From the NCBI GenBank assembly GCA_036495145.1, contig DASXNJ010000287.1:1-38578 (forward strand): 38,578 bases of DNA, written 5' to 3'. Shown one piece after another: positions 9,046 through 18,921 of the stretch (positions within the stretch are counted from its first letter, which is position 1; each line of letters begins with the position of its first letter). A program made the position numbers and the translations under genes. Source of the DNA: Puia sp. (lineage in GTDB: Bacteria; Bacteroidota; Bacteroidia; Chitinophagales; Chitinophagaceae). The notes beneath the pieces were generated by a model. The model was not told the DNA's origin and searched no databases. It worked only from the letters and a program-made list of their open reading frames with translations.

Positions 9046-9397
9046 ACCGGATATTTTTATAAAAATAATGCAAAATGCGGGATGCTCACAATTCCATTTA
9101 CGGGTCGCCGTCGCCAAAGATCCGGTATGAAATTTTTTTCATCCGCTTCTTTTAGTAAATCCCGATTGGAATTGAACACGATTCTGAATTGGTCGGAAAT
9201 ATCTTACGGAAATTAAATGCTTTTCGCGGGAAGGATCTGAAGTCCTTTTTTGTAAATATTTGGTTAAACTTAATTCCCGGTGAATTCATATGACAGATTT
9301 CCGGATGAGCCCGGGCTATGCAGAATAATATTCCATTTTATCGTCCGCCTGAGGTTATGGTACATAAAAAGAACTGCAGCCCTGATAAAAGCAGAAA

Positions 9398-9428
9398 ATT
9401 GAAAAAAGCATAAAAACCATTAGTTTTG
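9398..9428 (+). promoter_or_regulatory. Bacteroidota housekeeping promoter for efp-accB-accC
   Basis: aTTG at 9398-9401, 19-nt spacer, TAGTTTTG at 9421-9428. Confidence 0.7.
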
Positions 9429-9460
9429 TCGCCCTTTAAGGCAATAATTAATTATCATTC

Positions 9461-10027
9461 ATGGCAAATACAGCAGATATCAGTCGCGGGCTTATTATCA
9501 AACTCGATGGAAGCCTCTACTCAGTTGTCGATTTTGGTGAGAATAAAACAGCCAGGGCCGCAGCCAAGGTATGGGCAAAGTTAAAAGGGGTCGACAATGC
9601 CCGGAGTATTGAGAAAACCTGGAATAGTGGTGATAATATTTATCCGGTTCGCGTAGAAAGAAAAACGTATCAGTTTCTTTATAAAGACGATACAGGATAT
9701 AATTTTATGGATACAGAAACTTTCGAGCAGGTTGCTTTGCAGGAAAATATGGTGGATGCGCCGCAATTCCTGAAGGATGGTCAGGAGGTAACGGTCATCA
9801 TGAATACAGAAACAGAAATACCAATGGGCGTCGAACTTCCTGATAAAATTGTTTTGAAAGTTATCTATTCAGAACCGGGAATGAAAGGGGATACCGCAAC
9901 CCGCACACTCAAACCTGCAAAAGTGGAAACAGGTGCTACAGTAAACGTTCCGCTTTTTGTGAATGAAGGGGAATTGATACGGGTCAATACAAAAACCGGC
10001 GAATATGTGGAAAGGGTGAAAGAATAA
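9461..10027 (+). CDS. efp: Elongation factor P (Arg32 loop type)
   Basis: YNFMDTETFEQ, EPGMKGDTA, KPAKVETGATVNVPLFV, VNTKTGEYVERV. Confidence 0.96.
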   Translation: MANTADISRGLIIKLDGSLYSVVDFGENKTARAAAKVWAKLKGVDNARSIEKTWNSGDNIYPVRVERKTYQFLYKDDTGYNFMDTETFEQVALQENMVDAPQFLKDGQEVTVIMNTETEIPMGVELPDKIVLKVIYSEPGMKGDTATRTLKPAKVETGATVNVPLFVNEGELIRVNTKTGEYVERVKE

Positions 10028-10072
10028 CACTTATCTTAGTCTTCCTTTTTAAAAAGCAAAACGCCATAACTG

Positions 10073-10564
10073 ATGGATTTTAAACAGATTCAGGAGTTGA
10101 TTAAATTGATCAACAAATCGAATATCGGTGAAGTAACGATTGAAGAAAAGGGATTTAAAATTACCGTAAAACAAAAAGAGGAACATATCCAGCAGGTTTT
10201 TTCTGCGCCGTTCCAGACTAATCAATCCGCCCCCGCTTATACTCCACCGGCGATAACAGCACCTCCCACGAGCAGTGCTCCTCCGGCAAATGGTAAAAAG
10301 CCCGCTGAAGTAGTTGCTGATAACCTGATTACGATCAAAAGTCCGATGATTGGCACTTTTTACCGTAGTTCTGCACCTGATAAACCTTCCTTTATAAATG
10401 TCGGCGATGAGATAGAATCCGGAAAAGTGTTGTGTATTATTGAAGCGATGAAATTATTTAACGAAATTGAAAGCGAAGTGAAAGGAAAGATCGTGAAAGT
10501 GCTTGCTGAGGATGCTTCTCCGGTAGAGTTTGATCAGCCATTATTCCTGGTTGATCCCAGTTAA
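10073..10564 (+). CDS. accB: Acetyl-CoA carboxylase biotin carboxyl carrier protein
   Basis: KSPMIGTFYR, biotinylation motif EAMKLFNEI, Pro/Ala linker. Confidence 0.98.
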   Translation: MDFKQIQELIKLINKSNIGEVTIEEKGFKITVKQKEEHIQQVFSAPFQTNQSAPAYTPPAITAPPTSSAPPANGKKPAEVVADNLITIKSPMIGTFYRSSAPDKPSFINVGDEIESGKVLCIIEAMKLFNEIESEVKGKIVKVLAEDASPVEFDQPLFLVDPS

Positions 10565-10675
10565 ATTTGAAATTCGGGAATATGGAAATTTGAACGAGCC
10601 TCAGAGTTTCCAATCATATTTCTAAATTTCCATCCCGCCTTCGACGGGACGAATCTCCAAATTCTAATAATTTCA
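10564..10675. repeat. Degenerate ~8-nt-unit inverted array with an embedded GC-rich mini-hairpin
   Basis: Left units aatttgaa/attcggga/atatggaa/atttgaac; atggaaattt pairs with aaatttccat; tcccgcc-ttc-gacggga at 10633-10649. Confidence 0.55.
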
Positions 10676-12013
10676 ATGTTCAAAAAAGTATTAATAGCTA
10701 ACCGCGGAGAAATTGCCCTACGGGTTATACGTACCTGTCGCGAAATGGGTATAAAAACCGTGGCGGTTTATTCAACTGCGGACAAAGATAGTTTGCATGT
10801 ACGTTTTGCTGATGAAGCGGTTTGCATCGGCAAACCAGCCAGCGCGGATTCCTATCTGAATATTCCGCATATTATGGCTGCAGCGGAAATCACCAATGCA
10901 GACGCCATTCATCCGGGATATGGTTTTCTTGCTGAAAATGCCCGGTTCGCAGAAATCTGTGGTGAACATGGCATCAAGTTTATCGGTCCCACACCTGCCA
11001 TGATCAATGCCATGGGCGATAAAATCACGGCAAAGGAAACCATGATAAAAGCCGGAGTTCCGGTGGTGCCCGGTGGCGGCGGATTACTTGAAAATGTGGA
11101 TGAAGCCAGGGATATGGCCTCTCAGATCGGATATCCTGTGATCCTGAAAGCCACAGCCGGCGGCGGCGGTAAGGGTATGCGTGTAGTGTGGAATGATTCG
11201 GAGTTGGAAAAAGCCTATGATTCTGCGAAGGCCGAAGCTGCAGCTTCTTTCAAGAATGATGGTATCTATATGGAGAAATTCGTTGTAGAACCGCGTCATA
11301 TTGAAATTCAAGTCGCCGGTGATCAATATGGTACCGTGTGTCACCTGAGCGAAAGAGATTGCTCTATTCAGCGACGTCACCAAAAACTGGTGGAAGAATC
11401 GCCTTCCCCTTTCATGACACGTGAACTCAGATATAAAATGGGTGAGGCCGCTATAAAGGCCGCTTCTGCAATTAAATATGAAAGTGTCGGAACAATAGAA
11501 TTTCTGGTAGATAAAAACCGGAATTTCTATTTCATGGAAATGAATACCCGTATCCAGGTAGAACATTGCGTTACGGAAGAAGTGGTGAATTTTGACCTGA
11601 TCAAAGAACAAATAAAAATCGCTGCCGGCGAAACCATCAGCGGGGTCAACTACGAACCACAGGGTCACGCTATCGAATGCCGCATCAATGCCGAAGATCC
11701 TTATAATGATTTTCGTCCCTCACCTGGCAGAATAACCACCCTGCATCAGCCGGGAGGACACGGTATACGGGTGGATTCACATGTTTATGCAGGTTATACC
11801 ATTCCGCCCTATTATGACTCTATGATAGCCAAAATTATTGCAGTAGCCAGAACCCGAAGCGAAGCTATTGACACGATGCACCGGGCCTTGACGGAATATG
11901 TGATTGAGGGAATTAAAACCACCATTCCTTTCCATCTTCAGCTCATGAAAGATGAAAACTTCCGCAGCGGGAATTTCAATACCAAGTTTCTGGAAGGATT
12001 TAAAATGAAATAG
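10676..12013 (+). CDS. accC: Acetyl-CoA carboxylase biotin carboxylase subunit
   Basis: [55 protein letters not shown]. Confidence 0.98.
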   Translation: MFKKVLIANRGEIALRVIRTCREMGIKTVAVYSTADKDSLHVRFADEAVCIGKPASADSYLNIPHIMAAAEITNADAIHPGYGFLAENARFAEICGEHGIKFIGPTPAMINAMGDKITAKETMIKAGVPVVPGGGGLLENVDEARDMASQIGYPVILKATAGGGGKGMRVVWNDSELEKAYDSAKAEAAASFKNDGIYMEKFVVEPRHIEIQVAGDQYGTVCHLSERDCSIQRRHQKLVEESPSPFMTRELRYKMGEAAIKAASAIKYESVGTIEFLVDKNRNFYFMEMNTRIQVEHCVTEEVVNFDLIKEQIKIAAGETISGVNYEPQGHAIECRINAEDPYNDFRPSPGRITTLHQPGGHGIRVDSHVYAGYTIPPYYDSMIAKIIAVARTRSEAIDTMHRALTEYVIEGIKTTIPFHLQLMKDENFRSGNFNTKFLEGFKMK

Positions 12014-13208
12014 GCTTAGAACCTTCTACAAAACCTGCGATCTTATTGATGACCGATTCCACAATCGCATCCGGGCAGGATGCACCGCTGGTTATTAATA
12101 TCCGCAGGGGATTTTCGCCCTTCAGCCATCCTGTTTTTGACTTCTCTTCATGAGTCCGTAAATCAAAATGTAAAATTTCTTCCCTGGAAATCAATTTTTC
12201 CGGCCCTTCAACAAAATAAGTTGGAATCTTCATTTCACACAATTCCACCAGGTGCGAAGTATTGGAAGAATTATAGCCACCTACTATGATAGCAAAGTCA
12301 GCAGGCGTTAATAACATACCTGTAACAGCCGATTGATTATCATTTGTTGCGTAACAAAGTGTATCCCTTGTATCTGCGAAATGATCATTTGTATTTCCTT
12401 TACTGTTTATTGATTCCCGGCGGATTACCTGTTTTAAAAAATCTGCAATCTGCTGCGTTTCCGATGCGAGCATAGTCGTTTGGTTTACTACGCCAATACT
12501 TTCCAGATCCTTTTCCGGATCAAAATTATTGCTATATCGACCACTGAATATTTCGAAAAAATCAGCAGATGATTTTTCTTTTCTTATGAACTGACTTAAT
12601 AATATGGCATCTTCCATATCCCTGATCACGAGCGCCGGTCCTCCTGAAGAAGCATGGGAGAATGTAGCACGGGTTTCTTCATGCCCGGGTTTACCATGAA
12701 TAATGACTGTAAATTTTTTATCAGCCAACTGCCCGGAACGATTCCATACTTTTTCAACAAACGGGCAGGTCGTATTATAGTTTTCAGTATGTATACCCCT
12801 GGATTTCAAGAGAGCATCTGTTTCGAGACTGGTACCAAACGCAGGCGTGATGACAATATCGCCCGGTTGGAGACTATTAAAGGGGATCAGCTGTTTGCCT
12901 TTGGTGTCCTGCAGGAAACGAACACCCCTGTTTTTCAGATCCATGTTCACCTGTGGATTATGAATCATTTCGCTTAACAGAAAAATGTTTTTGTCAGGAT
13001 TTTCTTCAACTGTGCGAAATGCGATATCAATAGCATTTTCAACTCCGTAACAAAATCCAAAATGACGGGCCAGGTAAATATGAAGAGGGCCGAAATCCAG
13101 CAGCGTTGGCGTAAAATCTTTTTTCATCCTATCCTCCGCACGCCGTTTATTTTTTACTACGGAGATGAGCGTGCTGTGATAAGAAGAAGGAACCTGGAAC
13201 GTTTTCAT
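12000..13208 (-). CDS. ispH: 4-hydroxy-3-methylbut-2-enyl diphosphate reductase (long Bacteroidota form)
   Basis: Three Fe-S cysteines in FGFCYGV, TTCPFV and DTLCYAT; VNQTT, SSNT, GASCPD. Start placed at MKTFQV; the upstream extension is repeat-derived. Confidence 0.95.
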   Translation of the reverse strand: MKTFQVPSSYHSTLISVVKNKRRAEDRMKKDFTPTLLDFGPLHIYLARHFGFCYGVENAIDIAFRTVEENPDKNIFLLSEMIHNPQVNMDLKNRGVRFLQDTKGKQLIPFNSLQPGDIVITPAFGTSLETDALLKSRGIHTENYNTTCPFVEKVWNRSGQLADKKFTVIIHGKPGHEETRATFSHASSGGPALVIRDMEDAILLSQFIRKEKSSADFFEIFSGRYSNNFDPEKDLESIGVVNQTTMLASETQQIADFLKQVIRRESINSKGNTNDHFADTRDTLCYATNDNQSAVTGMLLTPADFAIIVGGYNSSNTSHLVELCEMKIPTYFVEGPEKLISREEILHFDLRTHEEKSKTGWLKGENPLRILITSGASCPDAIVESVINKIAGFVEGSKPISF

Positions 13209-13215
13209 TGAAGCA

Positions 13216-13223
13216 CAAAGGTA
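13216..13223 (-). promoter_or_regulatory. -7 promoter element (TACCTTTG) for ispH
   Basis: TAnnTTTG consensus, 7 nt upstream of the ATG. Confidence 0.65.
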
Positions 13224-13271
13224 ATTGTCCATTGTCAATTGATAATTGACAATTAACAATTAACCATTAAC
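13222..13271. repeat. Heptamer tandem/inverted array (AATTGTC / AATTAAC units)
   Basis: aattgtc cattgtc aattgat aattgac aattaac aattaac cattaac; 13222-13240 pairs with 13244-13262 at 17/19. Confidence 0.85.
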
Positions 13272-13294
13272 ATTGCTGTTTTCAATCTGGAACA

Positions 13295-14578
13295 ATGAAC
13301 GCCGAATTTCATCCGGTCATTTGGGCACTCAATTCAAATATTTATGAAGTAAACCTCCGTCAATATACAAAAGAAGGAAGCTTCCGTTCCTTCGCAAAAC
13401 ATCTTCCCAGGTTAAGGAATATGGGCGTGGAAATCCTCTGGTTCATGCCGGTCACACCGATTAGTAAAAAAGGCCGCCTGGGTACACTCGGTAGTTATTA
13501 TGCCTGTTCCAGCTATTTAAATACCAATCCGGAATTTGGTTCAGTGGAAGATTTTAAGTGGCTGGTAGAACAGGCACACGCGCTGGGTTTTAAAGTTCTG
13601 ATCGACTGGGTTGCGAATCATACCGGATGGGACCATATCTGGACAACTGAACATCCCGAATATTATCGCAGAAATATCGATGGTGAATTTTTTGATGCCC
13701 ACGGATGGACTGATGTGATTGACCTGAATTACGATTCTCCCGAATTAAGATCTGAAATGATCCGGGCCATGCAGTTCTGGGTAGACAGCTGTCACATTGA
13801 TGGATTTCGTTGCGATATGGCGATGCTGGTTCCGTTGGAATTTTGGAGGGAAGCGAGAATAACACTTGATCAGATAAAACCGCTGTTCTGGCTTGCAGAG
13901 TGCGAAGAAATCATGTACCATGAGGTGTTTGACGTTAGTTACACCTGGAAATGGATACATATTATGGAATCTTACTGGAAAAATGAAACCGACATTCAGG
14001 GTCTCGTGCAGGTACTTTATTATTATAATCATCAGTTTCCTTTTTCAGCCATACGAGCTTATTTTACAAGTAATCATGACGAAAATTCGCATAGTGGAAC
14101 AGAATATGAACGGATGGGTGATGCGGCTCTTCCGTTTGCCATTTTTTGTTGTCTGTATGATGGTCTCCCGCTGATTTACAGCGGACAGGAATTGCCGAAT
14201 AAAAAAAGGTTGTTATTTTTTGAGAAGGACGAAATCGAATGGAATGAACCCTGCGCATTACATGATTTTTATAAAACTCTTCTACTGCTCCGTAAAATAA
14301 ATCCCGCATTGATAAGCGGCGATGTTGAAAGGCGCGCACTGATGCTTTCCAATACATCTCCTGATCAAATATTCAGTTTTGTCCGCCGCTATGGACGAAG
14401 TGAGGTATTGGTCATTTTAAATCTTTCGTCAGATGTCCGGTCTGTTATCATTACTGGTCAAACATTGGCCGGATCTTACAAGGATGTATTTGATAAAGAC
14501 GCGCCGGATTTTATTTCCGGTCAGCCACTTCAATTGAAAGCCTGGGGTTATCGGGTTTTTGTTAAGCAGAATGACTAA
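13295..14578 (+). CDS. GH13 alpha-amylase family glycoside hydrolase (no signal peptide)
   Basis: DWVANH, GFRCDMA (nucleophile), WLAE (acid/base), SNHDEN, PLIYSGQE. Confidence 0.93.
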   Translation: MNAEFHPVIWALNSNIYEVNLRQYTKEGSFRSFAKHLPRLRNMGVEILWFMPVTPISKKGRLGTLGSYYACSSYLNTNPEFGSVEDFKWLVEQAHALGFKVLIDWVANHTGWDHIWTTEHPEYYRRNIDGEFFDAHGWTDVIDLNYDSPELRSEMIRAMQFWVDSCHIDGFRCDMAMLVPLEFWREARITLDQIKPLFWLAECEEIMYHEVFDVSYTWKWIHIMESYWKNETDIQGLVQVLYYYNHQFPFSAIRAYFTSNHDENSHSGTEYERMGDAALPFAIFCCLYDGLPLIYSGQELPNKKRLLFFEKDEIEWNEPCALHDFYKTLLLLRKINPALISGDVERRALMLSNTSPDQIFSFVRRYGRSEVLVILNLSSDVRSVIITGQTLAGSYKDVFDKDAPDFISGQPLQLKAWGYRVFVKQND

Positions 14579-14582
14579 TGGT

Positions 14583-14753
14583 TAACGCCTAACGCTTAAC
14601 GCTTAACGCTGAACGCCTAACGCTTAACGCCAAACAACTAAGGCAACTCTTACTCTTGGGCGGGCCAAATAAAAATGCGTTCCCTGATTGGAAACGCATT
14701 TTCTTGTTTTATTACAACTTTAAGCGTTTGGCGTTAGGCGTTCAGCGTTCAGC
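14583..14753. repeat. Inverted heptamer arrays (TAACGCY x7; inverse x4) flanking a central hairpin
   Basis: 14583-14631 taacgcc taacgct taacgct taacgct gaacgcc taacgct taacgcc; 14722-14753 aagcgtt tggcgtt aggcgtt cagcgtt cagc. Confidence 0.92.
14671..14705. terminator. Probable bidirectional intrinsic terminator between convergent GH13 and HtrA genes
   Basis: aaaatgcgtt (14672-14681) pairs with aacgcatttt (14693-14702), with A and T tracts on either side. Confidence 0.7.
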
Positions 14754-14758
14754 TTCGC

Positions 14759-16264
14759 TTACTCGTCATTTAACTTCAACGGATATGTAAATGATCCATC
14801 ATATCCGGGATATACACCTTCCAGTTTCAGGGATCCATTTCCCGCCTGTTCAACAATTTTTCGGAATTCCTCAATGGTATTTACATCCAGGCCATTTACT
14901 TTCAGAATTACAAACCCTTCTTCCATTCTCGTTTTACTAAAAAGACCCTTATCGCTGATTGATGTGACTACGATACCGCCTTTTACCTTGAGCTTATCAG
15001 CATCACTTTTTTGTAATGGCAGAAGTTCCGCACCCAGTTTATCGAATGCTGAATTTTTTACCAGGTCCATATTCCCACTGTTATTCATCAGCGTTACTAT
15101 TACATCACTTTCAACACCATTTCTTTTGTAGGTAACTTTTATTTTATCACCGGGACGATAGATTGCGATCTGACCTACCAGCTCAGAACCCGATGAAACA
15201 AACTGGTCATTCAGTTTAATTATCACGTCGCCTTTTTTGAGTCCGGCTTTTTCAGCAGCTCCTTTTTCACGCACATTTACTACATACACGCCTTCATCAT
15301 CTTTGATGCCATTTTCTTTTTTTGCATCGTCGCTGAGATTATCATTTGCATATTCAATGCCCAGATAAGCCCGTTGTGTAGTACCATATTTAATAAGATC
15401 TGTAACCACTTTCTTTACAATATTCACCGGGATCGTAAAAGAATAACCCGCATAGGAACCTGTTGGAGATGCGATGGCGGAATTAATACCAATCAGCTGA
15501 CCCTGTGGGTTTATGAGTGGACCACCACTGTTTCCCGGATTTACGGCCGCATCTGTTTGTATGAAAGATTCTACGGGAGCCTGACTTTGGCGCCTGTTAA
15601 TATCAATAGATCTTCCTTTTGCACTCACTATACCCGCAGTGACTGTGGTTTCCAGAGAGAGTGGGTATCCGACGGCGAGCACCCATTGACCTACTTTCAC
15701 CTCGTCTGAATTTCCGTATAACAGAAAAGGCAGACCTTTCGCATCTACTTTCACTACGGCCAGGTCTGTACTGGGATCAGTTGCTACTACTTTGGCTTTG
15801 AAAGATTTTTTATTGCTCAGCGTTACAGTTACTTCGTCCGCACCATCAACTACATGGTTATTGGTTACGATATATCCATCCTCGCTGATGATTACACCTG
15901 AGCCGGATCCCATTTCAGGCATGGATCGTGAACGGTCTCCGAAAAAATCATTGGGATCAATACCAAACAGATCGGAGAAAGGATTTTTTTTCGGAAGGTT
16001 ATTACTTGCCTGTCGTACGGTTTTGGTCTTGATATGAACCGTAGCTGGAATGGCAGCACTGGCAGCATCTACAAAGTCCGCCGGGCCGGTCGATTTCTCA
16101 TTATTAAAAAATTTTGCGTAGTTAGCCGGGACCTTTGAAGAATCCTGCGCGTATAAATAGGTTCCGGGTTGTGTGATTTGACCAAAATGATTGTAGCCCC
16201 ATAAACTGCCGAGGGTCGTGGCTGCACTGATAAAAACAATGCCGGCAACTTGTTTCAATTTCAT
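14759..16264 (-). CDS. htrA: HtrA/DegP (Do family) serine endoprotease with two PDZ domains
   Basis: GSGSGVII, TNNHVV, TDLAV, QTDAAVNPGNSGG catalytic triad; PDZ regions AYLGI and KLGAEL. Confidence 0.96.
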   Translation of the reverse strand: MKLKQVAGIVFISAATTLGSLWGYNHFGQITQPGTYLYAQDSSKVPANYAKFFNNEKSTGPADFVDAASAAIPATVHIKTKTVRQASNNLPKKNPFSDLFGIDPNDFFGDRSRSMPEMGSGSGVIISEDGYIVTNNHVVDGADEVTVTLSNKKSFKAKVVATDPSTDLAVVKVDAKGLPFLLYGNSDEVKVGQWVLAVGYPLSLETTVTAGIVSAKGRSIDINRRQSQAPVESFIQTDAAVNPGNSGGPLINPQGQLIGINSAIASPTGSYAGYSFTIPVNIVKKVVTDLIKYGTTQRAYLGIEYANDNLSDDAKKENGIKDDEGVYVVNVREKGAAEKAGLKKGDVIIKLNDQFVSSGSELVGQIAIYRPGDKIKVTYKRNGVESDVIVTLMNNSGNMDLVKNSAFDKLGAELLPLQKSDADKLKVKGGIVVTSISDKGLFSKTRMEEGFVILKVNGLDVNTIEEFRKIVEQAGNGSLKLEGVYPGYDGSFTYPLKLNDE

Positions 16265-16461
16265 TATTTTTTTTTTATAATTTTTTAGTGGACAATGGAT
16301 CTGTTGTCAAATGACGTGCCCAATGATTATCAAAGTAACGTATGGAAAGAACCTATGCTACTACCACCTGTTCAGTTTAACAAATTATTTACTAAGACCT
16401 TCGTAGATGGCAGTTTCCCAAATTTACGAAAGAAATTTTAGCATGCAAACATGACATTCGT

Positions 16462-17454
16462 TCAGACCGACCTTAAAAATTGCATCGTATCCGCGCCATC
16501 GGCATAATCCCGAAGTTCCGGGTGCTGACTCTCCCCGAACGGAAGGAATTTTCGCCCGATAATGCATTGCAGGCTCTCATTATTTTCCTTTGGAATTGCG
16601 TTTTCAGGGTCTTTATAATGAGTATAATGTAAAACGGCAATTGGGGAGAAGAGGGATTCGTTTTCAAGCATCAGAAGGCAGTCGTTGGTCATATATTGAA
16701 GCTTATTCAAAATGGCGAGCGACAAACGATAGTCATAATTATTTTTATATTTATGATGGTCGGCCATCCACTGAAACTTCCTGAATGCCCGGAGCAGGGG
16801 GATGAAATCATAATTTTCAGGAACATGTATTTGCGTGACATTTCGACATCCTAATCCGAAATACAGAAAAACGTCGTCGGCAAGTTTTCCAAGTTCTTCG
16901 TCTGTTTCATTCCCTTCGAGAAGGGCAATCGATGTTCTGTTACGGCGTATTAAATTGGGATATTTCCCAAAATAATAATCAAAATAGCGGGCCGAATTAT
17001 TACTGCCGGTAGCAATATAAGCATCCATGCCCTTTAAAACAGGTGAAACTAAAATCTGATCATTTTCCGGATTATTCTTATTCAGGAATTCCAATATGGG
17101 TGGAAACAGCCATGAGTCCCTGGACGAAAGTTTAATGACCGGATGATGACCATTCATGAAACAACAAAGAAAATCGTGGAAGCCCACGAGCGGAATATTT
17201 CCGGCCATCACCAGCCCGATTTTTTTTGGTATGTATGTCTGTTCAGGAATCTGGTAATCCCCAGCCCATTCTTCCAATAAGTCTTTTTGCAGGAATCGTT
17301 TAACTATCTGTGAAACGGAGAGATCAATAAAATCAGGTATAAACCATGGATTATGGTGAAATGCCCTGGTTTTTGCTTCCTTCCAGGAAACATCCTCTGA
17401 TAACATAAATTCGCCCAATTCGATCAGTAAGTTGATCCGGTTCCGTAAATCCAT
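16462..17454 (-). CDS. Acyl-CoA reductase-like protein (LuxC-related, Bacteroidota type)
   Basis: VMAGNIPLVGFHD, IATGSNNSARYF, YFGLGCRNV. Confidence 0.85.
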   Translation of the reverse strand: MDLRNRINLLIELGEFMLSEDVSWKEAKTRAFHHNPWFIPDFIDLSVSQIVKRFLQKDLLEEWAGDYQIPEQTYIPKKIGLVMAGNIPLVGFHDFLCCFMNGHHPVIKLSSRDSWLFPPILEFLNKNNPENDQILVSPVLKGMDAYIATGSNNSARYFDYYFGKYPNLIRRNRTSIALLEGNETDEELGKLADDVFLYFGLGCRNVTQIHVPENYDFIPLLRAFRKFQWMADHHKYKNNYDYRLSLAILNKLQYMTNDCLLMLENESLFSPIAVLHYTHYKDPENAIPKENNESLQCIIGRKFLPFGESQHPELRDYADGADTMQFLRSV

Positions 17455-17463
17455 ATTTCAGAT

Positions 17464-17484
17464 TATATTTGAGTTGCAAAATTA
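17464..17484. promoter_or_regulatory. Face-to-face divergent -7 elements for the ferredoxin (+) and reductase (-) genes
   Basis: TATATTTG at 17464-17471 (+) and TAATTTTG at 17477-17484 (-), within a 60-bp intergenic gap. Confidence 0.55.
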
Positions 17485-17514
17485 ATTCTATTCAAATCCT
17501 TAATTAACGAAAAA

Positions 17515-17862
17515 ATGGCAATCAAGATAACAGAAGAATGTATCAATTGCGGCGCTTGCGAACCGGAATGTCCGAATAACGCAATTTATGAGGGCGGTGT
17601 GGAATGGGCAATAGCAGACGGATCGTCAGTAAAGGGATCTTTTACGCTGATGGACGGAACTGTCATTGATGCCAATCAACGTAACAGTCCGGTTGCCGTA
17701 GATGTGTATTATATCGTTCCCAATAAATGCACAGAATGTCAGGGATTCCATGAAGAGCCGCAATGCGCTTCCGTTTGTCCCGTGGATGTTTGTATTCCTG
17801 ATGAGATGTACAGGGAAACGGTAGAAGAGTTGCTGGCAAAAAAAGAAAAACTGCATCTTTGA
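17515..17862 (+). CDS. 2[4Fe-4S] ferredoxin
   Basis: [12 protein letters not shown] and [18 protein letters not shown]. Confidence 0.95.
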   Translation: MAIKITEECINCGACEPECPNNAIYEGGVEWAIADGSSVKGSFTLMDGTVIDANQRNSPVAVDVYYIVPNKCTECQGFHEEPQCASVCPVDVCIPDEMYRETVEELLAKKEKLHL

Positions 17863-17887
17863 TCCCGGCAATTTCTAAAACCAATAC

Positions 17888-18886
17888 ATGAAAAGGCTTA
17901 TTGCATTCGTTACCGGCGGCTATTCCGGTGAGGCAGAAGTGTCATATAAGAGCGCCATTAATATAGAAGCCGGAATAGATTCCGACCGGTACGAGTACTA
18001 TCGTATTGATATTACCCCCTCCTCCTGGTTTCATTTAACAAAGGAAGGAACCAAAATTCCGGTTGACAAGAATGATTTCTCCCTACAGATCGACGGCAAA
18101 AAAATAAAATTTGAAGCTGTCCTCATCGGCATTCACGGCACTCCGGGAGAGGATGGAAAACTGCAGGGTTATTTTGATCTCATGAATCTCCCTTATACCT
18201 CATGCGATGCAGCAACTTCTGCGCTGACATTTAATAAGCGGTATACGGTAGCCGTCGCCGCATTTGCCGGGATTCATGTTTCCCGGTCAGTGCATTTATT
18301 CAAACAGGATCATCCCGATGCCATAGAAATTTCGACGCGGGTAACTATGCCGGTATTTGTAAAACCCAACAACGGCGGTTCAAGCATTGGAATGTCAAAA
18401 GTAAACAGAAAGGAAGATCTCGCACAGGCCTTGCAAAAGGCTTTCAGGGAAGATGACCAGGTGCTTGTAGAAGAGTTTATTTCGGGAAGGGAATTTACTG
18501 TTGGCATTTTCAGGACGGGCAAGGAAATTACTGTACTGCCTGTTACAGAGGTGAAGACCACCAAAGAATTCTTTGATTTCGAAGCAAAATATTCCCCGGG
18601 ATTTACGGAAGAAACCACGCCGGCCATACTGGAGGATTCAATTGCGGAGAAAATCAGGGGTACAGCCAGAAAAATTTACCAGGTCTTTAACTGTAACGGC
18701 GTGGTCCGCATCGATATGATTTATAATGAAGAAAAGGGTGAACCTTTTATGCTTGAAATTAATACAGTACCCGGCCAGACAGCCGCTTCGGTTGTTCCCC
18801 AGCAGGTGAGGGCCATGGGATGGACACTAAAACAATTCTATTCAGCGTTGATTGAAGACGCTTTATCCAGGGCAAAAAAATCCTGA
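17888..18886 (+). CDS. ddl: D-alanine--D-alanine ligase
   Basis: GGYSGEAEVS, HGTPGEDG, KPNNGGSSIG, FDFEAKY, EINTVPG. Confidence 0.96.
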   Translation: MKRLIAFVTGGYSGEAEVSYKSAINIEAGIDSDRYEYYRIDITPSSWFHLTKEGTKIPVDKNDFSLQIDGKKIKFEAVLIGIHGTPGEDGKLQGYFDLMNLPYTSCDAATSALTFNKRYTVAVAAFAGIHVSRSVHLFKQDHPDAIEISTRVTMPVFVKPNNGGSSIGMSKVNRKEDLAQALQKAFREDDQVLVEEFISGREFTVGIFRTGKEITVLPVTEVKTTKEFFDFEAKYSPGFTEETTPAILEDSIAEKIRGTARKIYQVFNCNGVVRIDMIYNEEKGEPFMLEINTVPGQTAASVVPQQVRAMGWTLKQFYSALIEDALSRAKKS

Positions 18887-18921
18887 CTCGATTTACTATC
18901 TTTTCATCTAAATCCACATCT

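Noticed and set aside
9046-9397. ncRNA in the long trx-efp divergent spacer
   Set aside because: No recognisable RNA motif or strong stem by eye; would need Infernal to exclude.
12000-12013. Convergent 3' overlaps (accC/ispH; also GT9/paralog A at 5870-5877)
   Set aside because: Short tail-to-tail overlaps are common in compact genomes.
13209-13259. MLIVNYQLTMDNY extension of IspH
   Set aside because: It is the translation of the heptamer array and lies upstream of the -7 element.
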